From assembly GCA_046758705.1 (NCBI GenBank), contig JBHIAT010000002.1:639-64638 (forward strand): a stretch of 64,000 nt of DNA. Direction: 5' to 3'. Source of the DNA: Candidatus Bipolaricaulia bacterium (GTDB lineage Bacteria; Bipolaricaulota; Bipolaricaulia; JBHIAT01). The notes below the pieces were generated by a model, which worked only from the letters and a program-made list of their open reading frames with translations, searched no databases and was not told the DNA's origin. How positions within the stretch are numbered: position 1 is the stretch's first letter; each line of letters begins with the position of its first letter. Position numbers and translations under genes: made by a program. This document shows positions 1-9,530 of this stretch, piece after piece.

Positions 1-35
1 AAGTCCCTGAGAAGGGAGAGTCAGTCCTTCAGCAT

Positions 36-1397
36 TTGCTCCAACAGGATCTGGGGTTTAAGGGGCAAACCACCACTTACACCACCCATAACATCCACGC
101 ATTTGCAGCTAAGTTCCCCCCCCAGCTTCCTCGGCTGTTTATCGAGGGCCTGACTCGACCAGGCGAAGTCGTCCTAGATCCTATGGTGGGATCTGGGACC
201 ACGTTGGTTGAGACGTTACTAAGGGGCAGGGTTGGCATAGGCTTCGATCTGGATCCCTTAGCAATCCTGCTTAACTGGGTTAAGATCACCCGACTTGATC
301 CCAAGGCTGTCCAGCAAGCGGGAACCGCTGTCTTAAAGGGTGTTCAAGAAACTCTGAACTCTTCGACTTTCGATGCTGAGGCAGAGCTTCGCAACTGCTA
401 TTCGAAGAAGGTCATAGAGTTTTTCCACTATTGGTTTTTAGAGAAGACCCGGCAAGAGCTTGTGGCGTTGCTTCAAGAGATCGAAAAATACCCTTCCCTG
501 TTAATCCGCAATCTCCTAACGGCTCTGTTCTCCTCGATTATCATCACCAAGAGCGGCGGGGTTTCTCTAGCCAGGGATCTAGCTCACTCACGCCCCCATA
601 AGGACCCCGAAAAGCGACCTCAAAAGGCACTCGTAGCTTTCCAGGAGAAGCTGACCAAAGTGCTCGCTGATTTTGCGGCAATTGAACAGGCTCCTGGGCG
701 GGCCTTCGCGTTTCAGGCTGATGCCAGAGCGTTGCCCATGAAGGAGAACACAGTGGATCTCATTGTAACATCTCCACCTTATGCCAATGCTATTGACTAT
801 GTCCGGGCACACAAATTCTCGTTGTTCTGGCTAGATCATGCGATTGAGGAACTACAAACTTTGCGACGTGAAACCATCGGCGCTGAAGTACCCGACGAAG
901 AAGCAAGCTTTTCCTCACCCACGATCCACAAAGTGATCAGAGAGGTGAAGGAGAAAGATCCTCGAAAGGCAGGCATTCTCACCAATTACTTTCGGAGTAT
1001 GGAGGCTGTTATCAAGGAGATGTACAGGGTTCTACGTCCTGGGAAGGCGGCGATCATCGTCGTTGGACCTTCGACCACTCGTGGCATTACCGTCCCCACC
1101 CAACTGGGACTTGCTGAAATCGGAGAAGCTACTGGGCTCCAGTGCACGGGCATCAAAGAGCGAGAAATTGACCGAGACAAACGGCTTATGCCCTGGAGCC
1201 AAGCTAAGGGGGACGCCGGCATCGAAGCTCGCATCCATGCGGAATACGTGATCGCCTTGAGCAAGCCCACTGAAGGGGTTTCAACGACACAATCCTTTAG
1301 GAATAGGCTTTACATGTGCTGTGATCTATCTGTTGAGGACTCTGACAACGGACTATACGTTCCTAGACGAGGCTCCTGTAGGGGACCAAATCTTTAA
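36..1397 (+). CDS. Amino (N4-cytosine or N6-adenine) DNA methyltransferase, alpha-like motif order. The 5' end is uncertain because the frame stays open to the window edge.
   Basis: AdoMet motif I 'VLDPMVGSGTT' near residue 50 and catalytic motif IV 'TSPPY' near residue 237, with ~180 aa between them that would be the target-recognition domain. The SPPY variant is more typical of N4C methylases. GC is lower than the window average. The called TTG start has no RBS and no in-frame stop lies upstream within the window. Confidence 0.8.
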   Translation: MLQQDLGFKGQTTTYTTHNIHAFAAKFPPQLPRLFIEGLTRPGEVVLDPMVGSGTTLVETLLRGRVGIGFDLDPLAILLNWVKITRLDPKAVQQAGTAVLKGVQETLNSSTFDAEAELRNCYSKKVIEFFHYWFLEKTRQELVALLQEIEKYPSLLIRNLLTALFSSIIITKSGGVSLARDLAHSRPHKDPEKRPQKALVAFQEKLTKVLADFAAIEQAPGRAFAFQADARALPMKENTVDLIVTSPPYANAIDYVRAHKFSLFWLDHAIEELQTLRRETIGAEVPDEEASFSSPTIHKVIREVKEKDPRKAGILTNYFRSMEAVIKEMYRVLRPGKAAIIVVGPSTTRGITVPTQLGLAEIGEATGLQCTGIKEREIDRDKRLMPWSQAKGDAGIEARIHAEYVIALSKPTEGVSTTQSFRNRLYMCCDLSVEDSDNGLYVPRRGSCRGPNL

Positions 1398-1404
1398 GGA
1401 TGTT

Positions 1405-1731
1405 GTGAATCCCCCGAGGCGATCGATCGATATCGTCGCTCTCAAAGATGATTCGGAGTATGCCATTGTCTCAACCAAATGGAGCATCCGCCACGATCGT
1501 CTTCACGATTTTGTAGATGAATGTACGTTCTATAAAGATCATAGGTCGGAGTTAAAATTCTTCGCGGTTACTAACGAATTCATGCCTGCCAGGTTAAAAC
1601 GGCTTATTGAGAACTCTTGCATCGATAAGGTCTTTCATGTCAATAAAGATCTAGTCAGCAGGGTGAACAACGGCGATGGGCGACTGGTTGGATTGGAGGA
1701 TTTGTCCAATCTATACCAGGAATTTCCTTAA
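1405..1731 (+). CDS. Small Vsr/PD-(D/E)xK-like endonuclease-fold protein, a candidate nuclease partner of the methyltransferase
   Basis: Segment 'SIDIVALKDDSEYAIVSTKWSIRHDRLHDFVDEC' resembles the Vsr core 'RPDFVVDEYRCVIFTHGCFWHH' but lacks the zinc-binding cysteines. A GTG start lies 8 nt after the methyltransferase stop with an AAGGA Shine-Dalgarno. An alternative ATG at 1321 would overlap the methyltransferase 3' end. Followed by an AT-rich spacer at 1732-1900. Confidence 0.4.
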   Translation: MNPPRRSIDIVALKDDSEYAIVSTKWSIRHDRLHDFVDECTFYKDHRSELKFFAVTNEFMPARLKRLIENSCIDKVFHVNKDLVSRVNNGDGRLVGLEDLSNLYQEFP

Positions 1732-1916
1732 TGTCGTACCTTTCACCCACAGATATCATCTATCCAACCGGCTATGAGCCCAAAATAGACCCTCCATGGT
1801 GTAAAGCTGTAAAGCCCAAATAACCCCAGCCACGGGCGACGACAACCTTAAATCCGGAGTTGATGGATCTGGATTTTCTGTTATAATAATAACTGGTAGT
1901 AATTTGGAGGTGAGAT

Positions 1917-2512
1917 CTGTGCCTCGTGGCAGTGAGGGTGTCGTCATCGACGAGAGAGCCGACGGGAAGGCTCTCGTCCAGATCATCCGAGGCGGCACCG
2001 GCACCTGTAGCGTCTGCGGCGCCAAGGACGGACAGTCCTGCGGTCTGGCGAGCTCCCGCTCGGGGACCTTCGGATTTTTCCAGCGGGACGACACACTGCG
2101 GATCGAAGCGGTGAACCAGGCTGGAGCTAAGGTCGGGGAGGCCTGCATGCTCCATCTTAAGGACGATCGGATGTTGGTCAAGGGTTCGTTCGTCCTATAC
2201 ATGATCCCAGGGATGCTGTTCATCCTCGGACTGTACTTCGGCGGCTGGTTCGGAGAGGTGCGCTATGGGCTGACCGGAGATGCAAAGATACTGGCTCAGT
2301 TGGCCGGTGGAGTGTTGCTGCTCGGGCTCGGGCTCGGCTTTGGCTCGTTGTACAGCCGACTGAAGACCGATGAGGCAATGCCGATCATCACCCAGGTGAT
2401 CAGGACAACTGATCAGGATCGATATCAACTTCAATTCCTGCCCCAGAGTGAGGATCATTCCTCACCGCTCTCCTCACCAACTTCTTCAGGGAATGGGGAT
2501 CAGGCCCTTTGA
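1917..2512 (+). CDS. RseC/MucC-family (SoxR-reducing system) membrane protein
   Basis: N-terminal soluble domain with 'CSVCGAKDGQSC' followed by two TM helices, which is the architecture typical of RseC. GTG start at 1917 with GGAGGTGAG upstream; the ORF track starts at TTG 1904. Low-complexity Ser/Pro tail. Confidence 0.5.
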
Positions 2513-4397
2513 GAAGAACCCTCCAACGGTACCGACCGCGCAACCGATAGAACAACCCTCTGGAGGGTCCCAGGATCTCAACCTCCTCTGTATCAGGGAT
2601 ATCATCTCGACCCTGATCCAGGAGCCGTTGTAGCGCCTCGGTGCGCGTTTGCGCCTCCGGCTCATTCTTTCCCACAACGGTGAGCTTGACGAGATGAGAG
2701 AAGGGCGGATAGCGAAACGCTCGCCGAAATCCTAGCTCCTCGCGGTAAAAGCCTTCGTAGTCCTCGTCTTTCGCGTACCGGATGGCGTAATAGTCTGGGT
2801 GATGGGTCTGAATGATCACCTCCCCGTTGCCCTCCCCCCAACCGGTCCGGCCGGCCGCCTGGACGAGCAACTGAAATGTCCGCTCCCCGGCCCTGAAATC
2901 AGGCAGGCTGAGCATCGTGTCGGCCGAGACCACCCCGACCAGCGTCACGTTAGGCAGTTCCAGCCCCTTGGCGATGATCTGGGTGCCGATAAGAATCTCC
3001 GTCCGTCCTGCCTTAAAATCTTCTAGAATCCGACGGTACGCCTTATGAGCCGCCCCTTTGATAGCGTCCGGATCCATACGGGCGACCGTTGCGCCAGGGA
3101 AGTAGCGGTTCAGCTCCGCCAGCACCTGCTCCGTCCCTGCCTGTAAGAACCGCAACCCGGCCCTAGGTTGAGTGGTAAAGCCGCAGTAGTGGCAACGGAG
3201 CAACTGTTCGGCGTAATGGTACCTGAGAGGGATCCGACAGCGATCGCACCGGACGACCTCCCCCTCCTCCTGAAGCACACAGGAAGAGAATCCGCGTCGA
3301 TTGAGGATCAAGATCGTCTGCTCACCTCGCTCCAGCCGTTGTTTGATCTTCTCCTTGAGCAGGGCGCTGAGCAGGGCGTCTTTGGGGTTCACGATCCGGA
3401 TCTCAGGAGGGGTCCTCATCGGGCGTCCGGTGAGCTTCAGCAACTTTAACTCATCGCACTCCGCTCGCCAGTAGCTCTCGAGTGAGGGGGTGGCCGTCCC
3501 CAGTACCAGCGTAGCTCCCTCGATCGCAGCCCGCCACTCAGCGACGTTTCGCAGGTGATAGCGGGGGGACATCGGGGACTTATAACTGTGCTCGTGCTCT
3601 TCGATCACCAAGATCAGCCCCAGGCGCTCGAACGGCACAAAGATGCCGGAGCGCGTTCCGACCACCACCCGGGCTGAGCCGTCTCTGATCCGCGACCAAG
3701 CGGCTCGGCGTTCTCGTGCGCCCAGCTCGCCGTGATAGGCAATCACCTCCCCCGGGAATCGACGGTTCAGTCGGTCGATCAGGGGGAGAATGAGCGCAAT
3801 CTCCGGGACGAGCACGATCGCCTGTCTGCCGACATTGAGAACTGCGGCGATCACCTCGGTGTAGAGCTGCGCCTTGCCGCTCCCGTTGACCCCATAGAGC
3901 AGATATTTTCCGGAGCCTTGGTCGATGGCGTGTGACAGGGTTCTGAGGACCTCCTGATGTTCGGAAGGCAGATCGGCGATCGCTGAGGCTGACGTCCCAG
4001 CTGCCTCAACATCGACATCCGCGGAGGTGCGCCTGCTGTGCGAGAGATTCGCCTCCACAGGCAGGATCCGGTTGAGGACCAGGCCCAGGGATGTCAAATA
4101 ATAATCGGAGATCCGCTCTGCCAGCTTAAAGAGCCCGTCGCTGAGGAGCGGCTCGGGGTCGATAAGCTCGATGATCTCACGCAGTTGATCTCCGGGGAGT
4201 CGGCTTGCCCGCTTCAATTTGACGACAACTCCCTCTATCTCACCGTCTCGGAGTGGCACCCGGACCCGCTGGCCCACCTTCGCCTTCCCCTGGAACTCGG
4301 CGGGGATGCGGTAGTCGAAGGTGTGTTCAACGGGGATAGGCAGGGCGACCTCAACGATTTGTTCCCCAGGCAACAGCATCACCCATCCATGAGGCAT
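2400..4397 (-). CDS. priA: Primosomal protein N' (PriA) replication-restart helicase homologue with degenerate ATPase motifs
   Basis: N-terminal 3'-binding domain, helicase core, Cys4 zinc ribbon 'CDRC...CHYC' and C-terminal '...EVDIDPDQLS' tail, 665 aa. Walker A reads 'GVNGSGKAQ', with Ala in place of the conserved Thr/Ser. Motif II reads 'VIEEHEH' where E. coli has 'IDEEHD'. Confidence 0.9.
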   Translation of the reverse strand: MPHGWVMLLPGEQIVEVALPIPVEHTFDYRIPAEFQGKAKVGQRVRVPLRDGEIEGVVVKLKRASRLPGDQLREIIELIDPEPLLSDGLFKLAERISDYYLTSLGLVLNRILPVEANLSHSRRTSADVDVEAAGTSASAIADLPSEHQEVLRTLSHAIDQGSGKYLLYGVNGSGKAQLYTEVIAAVLNVGRQAIVLVPEIALILPLIDRLNRRFPGEVIAYHGELGARERRAAWSRIRDGSARVVVGTRSGIFVPFERLGLILVIEEHEHSYKSPMSPRYHLRNVAEWRAAIEGATLVLGTATPSLESYWRAECDELKLLKLTGRPMRTPPEIRIVNPKDALLSALLKEKIKQRLERGEQTILILNRRGFSSCVLQEEGEVVRCDRCRIPLRYHYAEQLLRCHYCGFTTQPRAGLRFLQAGTEQVLAELNRYFPGATVARMDPDAIKGAAHKAYRRILEDFKAGRTEILIGTQIIAKGLELPNVTLVGVVSADTMLSLPDFRAGERTFQLLVQAAGRTGWGEGNGEVIIQTHHPDYYAIRYAKDEDYEGFYREELGFRRAFRYPPFSHLVKLTVVGKNEPEAQTRTEALQRLLDQGRDDIPDTEEVEILGPSRGLFYRLRGRYRWRVLLKGPDPHSLKKLVRRAVRNDPHSGAGIEVDIDPDQLS

Positions 4398-4490
4398 GTA
4401 ACAGTATAGAGAGGTTGTGAACCGAGGGCAACTGTTCCGAGTCAGGAAAGGCAGACGCTAGATTGACGCTCGTACAGTCGTTATGGTAGA

Positions 4491-5183
4491 TTGAAGCAAA
4501 GGGTGAGGGAAAAGATGCCTCATTACTACGTGGAGAGCGACGGGCAGGTCTTCCTGGTTGATGACGGGAGGAGGCTCCGCTTCCCTGAGTCCGAGCAGGA
4601 GATGGACTTTGAAATCGTGATCCTGAGGGAGATGAAGGTCGACGGGGAGCCGGTGCTTTACTGCAAACCGATCCTTGAAGACCATCCCTACGATTGGCTG
4701 AACAAGGACCGGATCCCGCTGCTTGATCGGGTCGATCCGATCGTCCACGGGGCGATCAACGCCTCGCTGCCCCGGATTGTGGTGGAGGCGATCGTCCGCC
4801 AGGGAGATCAGATTCTGCTTGTCAAACCTAAACGGGGGGTGAACCGCGGCCGATGGACATTGCCCGGTGGATTCCTCACCTACGGAGAGCCGCCCGAGGC
4901 GGGGGTGCTCAGAGAGCTCGAGGAGGAGGTCGGCGTCCGGGGTCGGGTGGAAAGGTTGCTCGGTTTGAAGAGTGGCATCGGTCATTGGAACTACTATCTG
5001 TGGTGTATGCTCTTCTATGAGGTCGGTTTGGAAAGCGAGCAGTTCCGACCCGCGCCCGATGAGATCGAGGCGGTCCGTTGGTTCCCGTTCGATGAGGCGA
5101 TCGAAATTATCGATAACGTGATGATTCAGGACAAGTTGATGGAACTCTACGAGACCGAGCGCTCTCAGGCTCAAGATCGCTGA
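4491..5183 (+). CDS. Nudix hydrolase with a ~100 aa N-terminal extension
   Basis: Nudix box 'GGFLTYGEPPEAGVLRELEEEVG'. An alternative start at Met 4515 (MPHYY) is possible. Its stop overlaps the alr start (TGATG). Confidence 0.8.
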   Translation: MKQRVREKMPHYYVESDGQVFLVDDGRRLRFPESEQEMDFEIVILREMKVDGEPVLYCKPILEDHPYDWLNKDRIPLLDRVDPIVHGAINASLPRIVVEAIVRQGDQILLVKPKRGVNRGRWTLPGGFLTYGEPPEAGVLRELEEEVGVRGRVERLLGLKSGIGHWNYYLWCMLFYEVGLESEQFRPAPDEIEAVRWFPFDEAIEIIDNVMIQDKLMELYETERSQAQDR

Positions 5184-6331
5184 TGGAGATGGACGATCTC
5201 GGACTGATCCGCGTGATCGTGGACCTCACCCGGCTGATCGACAACATCGCGCTGCTCAGGCGAGTGATCGGGGATCGGATCAAGCTGCTGTTCGCAGTGA
5301 AATCCGATGCCTACAGTCACGGAGCTGTCGCGGTCGCCGATGCAGCGACGCAGGCCGGAGTCGACTTCCTCGGTGTTACCGAGATCGCCGAGGCCAAGGC
5401 ACTTCGTGACGCCGGTGTTCGCCTTCCGATCCTGATTCTAACGATCTCGAAACCGAAGCATATCGAACCGTTGGTGCGGCTGGGAGCCCGGACCACCGTG
5501 ACGAACATCGAGTTCGCTGATGCCCTCGACCGGGAGGCGAAACGGCAGGGGAAAAGGGTGCCGATTCATGTGAAGGTCGACACCGGAATGGGCCGGATCG
5601 GTCTGTTCCCCGAGGAGGTGATGCCATTCTTCGAGCGGCTGCGCCGATTCAGACAGTTGGAAGTCGAGGGGATCTTCAGCCACCTCAGCGTCTCCGACTC
5701 GCAAGCACCTGACGATATTGCCTACACTCGGATACAGCTTGAGGCGTTCGTCCGTGTCCTGGCGGAGCTGGACCGGGCCGGGCGGCTCCCCCCGCTTCGT
5801 CACATCGCCAACTCGGCGGCGGTACTCCAATATCAGGATGAGGTGACCAGCGGATATCTCAATCTGGTGCGGCCGGGAACGTTGCTCTACGGCTATCCCG
5901 AGGTCGACCGACCGTGGGCCCGGGAGATCAAGCGGGTGATGCGCGTCGAGACCGAGGTGATGGCGGTCCGGGAGTTGCCCGCAGGAAGTTACATCAGCTA
6001 CGAACGTCTTTACCAAACCGAATCTCCAACAAGGATCGCCGTTCTCCCGATCGGCTATGCGAACGGCCTGGACCGCCGGCTCTCGAACCGCGGCGAGCTC
6101 GGGGTGCGGGGCAGGCGGATCCCGATCGTCGGAGCGGTCTGCATGGATCTGACGATGGTCGACGTCTCCGAGGTCGACGGGGTACGAACCGGCGATCGGG
6201 TCGAGATCATCGGAGACGAGATCGGCGCCGATGATCTCGGCGAAACAGCAGGCATCAGCCTCGCTCAGGTGCTCACCGCGCTCGGGCAGGGAGGAAAGCG
6301 CATCTATTTGGATGAGAAGCCGGGCGATTAA
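5183..6331 (+). CDS. alr: Alanine racemase
   Basis: PLP-lysine motif 'AVKSDAYSHG', 382 aa, typical length and overall pattern. Confidence 0.85.
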   Translation: MEMDDLGLIRVIVDLTRLIDNIALLRRVIGDRIKLLFAVKSDAYSHGAVAVADAATQAGVDFLGVTEIAEAKALRDAGVRLPILILTISKPKHIEPLVRLGARTTVTNIEFADALDREAKRQGKRVPIHVKVDTGMGRIGLFPEEVMPFFERLRRFRQLEVEGIFSHLSVSDSQAPDDIAYTRIQLEAFVRVLAELDRAGRLPPLRHIANSAAVLQYQDEVTSGYLNLVRPGTLLYGYPEVDRPWAREIKRVMRVETEVMAVRELPAGSYISYERLYQTESPTRIAVLPIGYANGLDRRLSNRGELGVRGRRIPIVGAVCMDLTMVDVSEVDGVRTGDRVEIIGDEIGADDLGETAGISLAQVLTALGQGGKRIYLDEKPGD

Positions 6332-6395
6332 AGGATTTGCGCGACGGGATCGGTTGGGTGTATAAGAAGGTGTATGAGATGTCAAGGAGGAAAGT

Positions 6396-7916
6396 ATGCA
6401 CATCCAACGTTCAAGGTTTGTACAGGTTCTGGCCCTTGCTGTCGTCGCTCTGACCCTTGCTGGCTGTCCCGGACCTACGCCCCCCCCCACCCGGCTGGAA
6501 GTCGGCGCGCTCGACGATGTCAAGCGCGCCACCATCCAGATCGAGGCCCAAGGCAGTTTCATAGACCCCGATGTCGGCCTACAACAGAACGTGGCGGGCC
6601 GGGGGTCAGGCTTCATCATTGACGAATCGGGTATCGCCGTGACCAACAACCACGTCGTCACCGGCGCGGCCTTTCTCAGGGTATGGGTCGGCGGGGAGAG
6701 TGAGCCCCGCAATGCCAGGATCCTGGGCGTTTCAGAGTGCTCCGACCTGGCTGTCATTGACATTGAAGGGGATGGGTATTCGTACCTCGGATGGTATGAC
6801 GATCGGATATACACGGGCCTCGACGTATATGCCGCTGGCTTCCCGCTTGGTGATCCGGAGTTCACGCTCACCCGCGGCATTGTCTCAAAGGAGCGTGCCG
6901 GCGGTGAGACGAGCTGGGCCTCAGTCGATGCGGTCATCGAGCACGATGCAACCATCAACCCGGGCAACTCCGGTGGCCCGCTCGTGACCCAGGATGGCAA
7001 GGTGGTCGGCATCAACTATGCCGGCTTGGACATCGCCCGCCAGTCTTTTGCCATTGCCCGCGACGAAGCACTCAAGATCATCGACCAGTTACGCGCCGGT
7101 CAGGATATGACCTCAATTGGTGTGAACGGCACCGCCATGAGCGTTGACGGCTACTCAGGCATCTGGGTCTCGTCGGTCAAACCGGGCTCGCCTGCCGACG
7201 CCTCCGGTGTTAAGGGCGGCGACCTCATCACCCAGCTCCAGGGGGTGAGCCTCGCCACCGATGACACAATGGCCGACTACTGCGATATCCTGCGCAGCCA
7301 CAGCCCGGGAGATACGCTCACCATCGAGGTGGTTCGGTTTGACACCCAGGAAGTGCTCGCCGGACAAATCAACGGTCGCCAGCTAGAGTCGGTGGGCTCG
7401 CCACGGGAACCCGGACCCGAGCTTGAACTCGTTTACAACTACCACTCTGTCACCAACGATTCCGGCGCGCTCGTGATGGACATTCCCCAAGAGTGGGACG
7501 ATGTCAACGGGAGCCCCTGGACGAAAGAAGACGAAGTGATCGGCGCGGCCATCTCCGCCTCAAGCAACCTCGGAGACTTCTATGACACGTACGCAACGCC
7601 CGGAGTCTTCTTCGGTGCATCCAGGGTGCTGATCCAGAGCTACGACGAGGCCGGTTTCCTCGATACCCTTCCTGATTTTAGCGAAGACTGCACGTACGAA
7701 GGGCGCTTCGACTACGAAGATCCATTGTACACCGGGCTCTACAATCTCTACACCAACTGTGGTGGGATCGGCAGCCAGTTGGTCGATATCGTCGCTGTGC
7801 CAGATGATCGAGCGTTCCTCATCTGGGTCGAGATCCAGACTGTGACTGAGCCGGACCTCGACGCATTGCAGCGTATCCTCGACACCTTCGAGGTGGTTGG
7901 CGATCTGCCGTCATGA
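6396..7916 (+). CDS. Trypsin-like (S1C, HtrA/DegP-type) serine protease lipoprotein with a PDZ domain and a ~170 aa C-terminal extension of unknown function
   Basis: Lipobox 'LTLAGC'. Catalytic triad contexts 'TNNHVV', 'DLAVIDI' and 'GNSGGPL'. PDZ-like segment 'GIWVSSVKPGSPADASGVKGGDLI'. Confidence 0.8.
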   Translation: MHIQRSRFVQVLALAVVALTLAGCPGPTPPPTRLEVGALDDVKRATIQIEAQGSFIDPDVGLQQNVAGRGSGFIIDESGIAVTNNHVVTGAAFLRVWVGGESEPRNARILGVSECSDLAVIDIEGDGYSYLGWYDDRIYTGLDVYAAGFPLGDPEFTLTRGIVSKERAGGETSWASVDAVIEHDATINPGNSGGPLVTQDGKVVGINYAGLDIARQSFAIARDEALKIIDQLRAGQDMTSIGVNGTAMSVDGYSGIWVSSVKPGSPADASGVKGGDLITQLQGVSLATDDTMADYCDILRSHSPGDTLTIEVVRFDTQEVLAGQINGRQLESVGSPREPGPELELVYNYHSVTNDSGALVMDIPQEWDDVNGSPWTKEDEVIGAAISASSNLGDFYDTYATPGVFFGASRVLIQSYDEAGFLDTLPDFSEDCTYEGRFDYEDPLYTGLYNLYTNCGGIGSQLVDIVAVPDDRAFLIWVEIQTVTEPDLDALQRILDTFEVVGDLPS

Positions 7917-7964
7917 CAGGCGGCTGACCTGAGGATCGAGGATAAGGGAGCGAGTAAATCAGCT

Positions 7965-8423
7965 ATGGGCAGGGTTATCGTCCGGAACAAGCGGGCGTTC
8001 CGTGATTACGAGATCGAGGAGACCTACGAGGCAGGCATGGTGCTGCGGGGGACCGAGGTAAAGAGCCTGCGGGCCGGCCGGGTCAGCTTGAAGGACGGGT
8101 TCGCGGCCGTGAAGAACGGCGAGGTCTTCCTATACAATGTCCACATCGCACCCCACCCGCAAGGCAACCGCTTCAATCACGATCCTGAGCGCCCGAGGAA
8201 GCTGCTCCTCCACCGTCGTGAGATCAACCGGCTCATTGGCAAGACCCAGGAGAAGGGTTATACGCTCGTCCCGATCAAGATCTACTTCAAGGATGGTCAC
8301 GCCAAGGTCGAGCTCGGGGTGGCGAAAGGCTTGAAGCGCTACGACAAACGGGAGAAGCTAAAGCGTGAAGAAGAGCGCCGGCGGATCGAGCGGGCGATGA
8401 AGGAGTATCGGTGGGGTAGTTAA
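7965..8423 (+). CDS. smpB: SsrA-binding protein SmpB
   Basis: Characteristic sequence '[30 protein letters not shown]...[11 protein letters not shown]', 152 aa. Confidence 0.95.
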   Translation: MGRVIVRNKRAFRDYEIEETYEAGMVLRGTEVKSLRAGRVSLKDGFAAVKNGEVFLYNVHIAPHPQGNRFNHDPERPRKLLLHRREINRLIGKTQEKGYTLVPIKIYFKDGHAKVELGVAKGLKRYDKREKLKREEERRRIERAMKEYRWGS

Positions 8424-8435
8424 CTTCGGATCAGT

Positions 8436-9530
8436 TCAGCGTACCTCGTAGCAGGCGACGTAGTGAACGTCACGCTTCTCTTCGAGCGGGGGGTGGTCAC
8501 TCACCCGGCAGTAGTCGACCGAGATCGGACAGCGGTCGTAGAATCGGCAACGCGGATGGGGGTCAATCGGTTGCGTCACACCGCCCTTGATCTCAAGCCG
8601 CTCCCGATTGAACTTCGGGTCCGGCACCGGGACGGCCGAGATGAGCGCTCGGGTGTAGGGATGGAGTGGGTTCTGGATCACCTCCTCCGTCTCCCCCATC
8701 TCCACGATCTTTCCCAGATACATGACTGCGATCCGGTCGCAGAGATAACGGGCGACGGCCAGATCGTGGGTGATGTACAGATATCCAATGTCGAACTCGT
8801 TGCGCAGGTCGAGCATCAGCTGCATCACGCCAGTCTGGACCGACACATCAAGCATCGAGGTCGGTTCGTCGGCGACGATGAACGACGGTTCGAGGATCAG
8901 CGCGCGGGCGATGGCGACGCGCTGGCGCTGGCCGCCGCTCAGCTCATGGGGGTAGCGAAACAGAAAAGTTCCCGGCGGGGTCAGCCCGACGAGTCGGAGG
9001 AATTCGGCAACGCGGTCTTCCCGCTCGTCGATCCGGCCGATGTTGTGGACGGACAGAGGCTCGGAGACGATATCGAAGATCGTCTGACGCGGGTCCATCG
9101 ATTCGTAAGGGTCCTGGAAGATCATCTGCACCTCACGTCGAAACTGCTTCAATCGATTTCCATCCAGTGTCGTCAGGTTGATATCCTTCAGATGAATCTC
9201 CCCAGCGGTCGGTTCCATCAGCTTCACCAGCAGTTTTCCGGTCGTCGTCTTCCCACAGCCGGACTCACCGACCAGACCGAAGATCTCACCCTTGGCGATC
9301 TGGAAACTCACGTCATCGACCGCATGAACGAAATGCTGGGACCGTCGGAACAGGCCCGCCGAGATCGGGAACTGCTTCTTCAGCCCTTCGACCCGAACCA
9401 GGGTCCCATCACTATCGTTGACGGCTGTGGTCGCTTCTGTTGGCTCGGTGCGTTCCACGGATCGTTCACCTCTCCTTAACCTGGGCGTGAGGTAAGTGAA
9501 GGGGATGCCAACAGGCTGCCTGCTGGTCAT
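8436..9530 (-). CDS. Peptide ABC transporter ATP-binding protein (OppF/DppF-like)
   Basis: Walker A 'GESGCGKTT', signature LSGGQ, Walker B 'IVADEP', and a C-terminal oligopeptide-type Cys-containing domain. Confidence 0.9.
   Translation of the reverse strand: MTSRQPVGIPFTYLTPRLRRGERSVERTEPTEATTAVNDSDGTLVRVEGLKKQFPISAGLFRRSQHFVHAVDDVSFQIAKGEIFGLVGESGCGKTTTGKLLVKLMEPTAGEIHLKDINLTTLDGNRLKQFRREVQMIFQDPYESMDPRQTIFDIVSEPLSVHNIGRIDEREDRVAEFLRLVGLTPPGTFLFRYPHELSGGQRQRVAIARALILEPSFIVADEPTSMLDVSVQTGVMQLMLDLRNEFDIGYLYITHDLAVARYLCDRIAVMYLGKIVEMGETEEVIQNPLHPYTRALISAVPVPDPKFNRERLEIKGGVTQPIDPHPRCRFYDRCPISVDYCRVSDHPPLEEKRDVHYVACYEVR

Noticed and set aside
4458-5174. 238-aa minus-strand ORF opposite the Nudix gene
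   Set aside because: The Nudix box on the plus strand identifies the real gene; the antisense ORF has no motif.
5438-7015. 525-aa minus-strand ORF spanning alr and the HtrA-like protease gene
   Set aside because: Antisense to two well-supported genes. The Pro/Arg/Ser/Ala-rich translation is typical of spurious open frames in high-GC DNA, and there is no motif.
8463-9479. 338-aa plus-strand ORF antisense to the ABC ATPase
   Set aside because: Walker A, signature and Walker B motifs are on the minus strand; shadow ORF.
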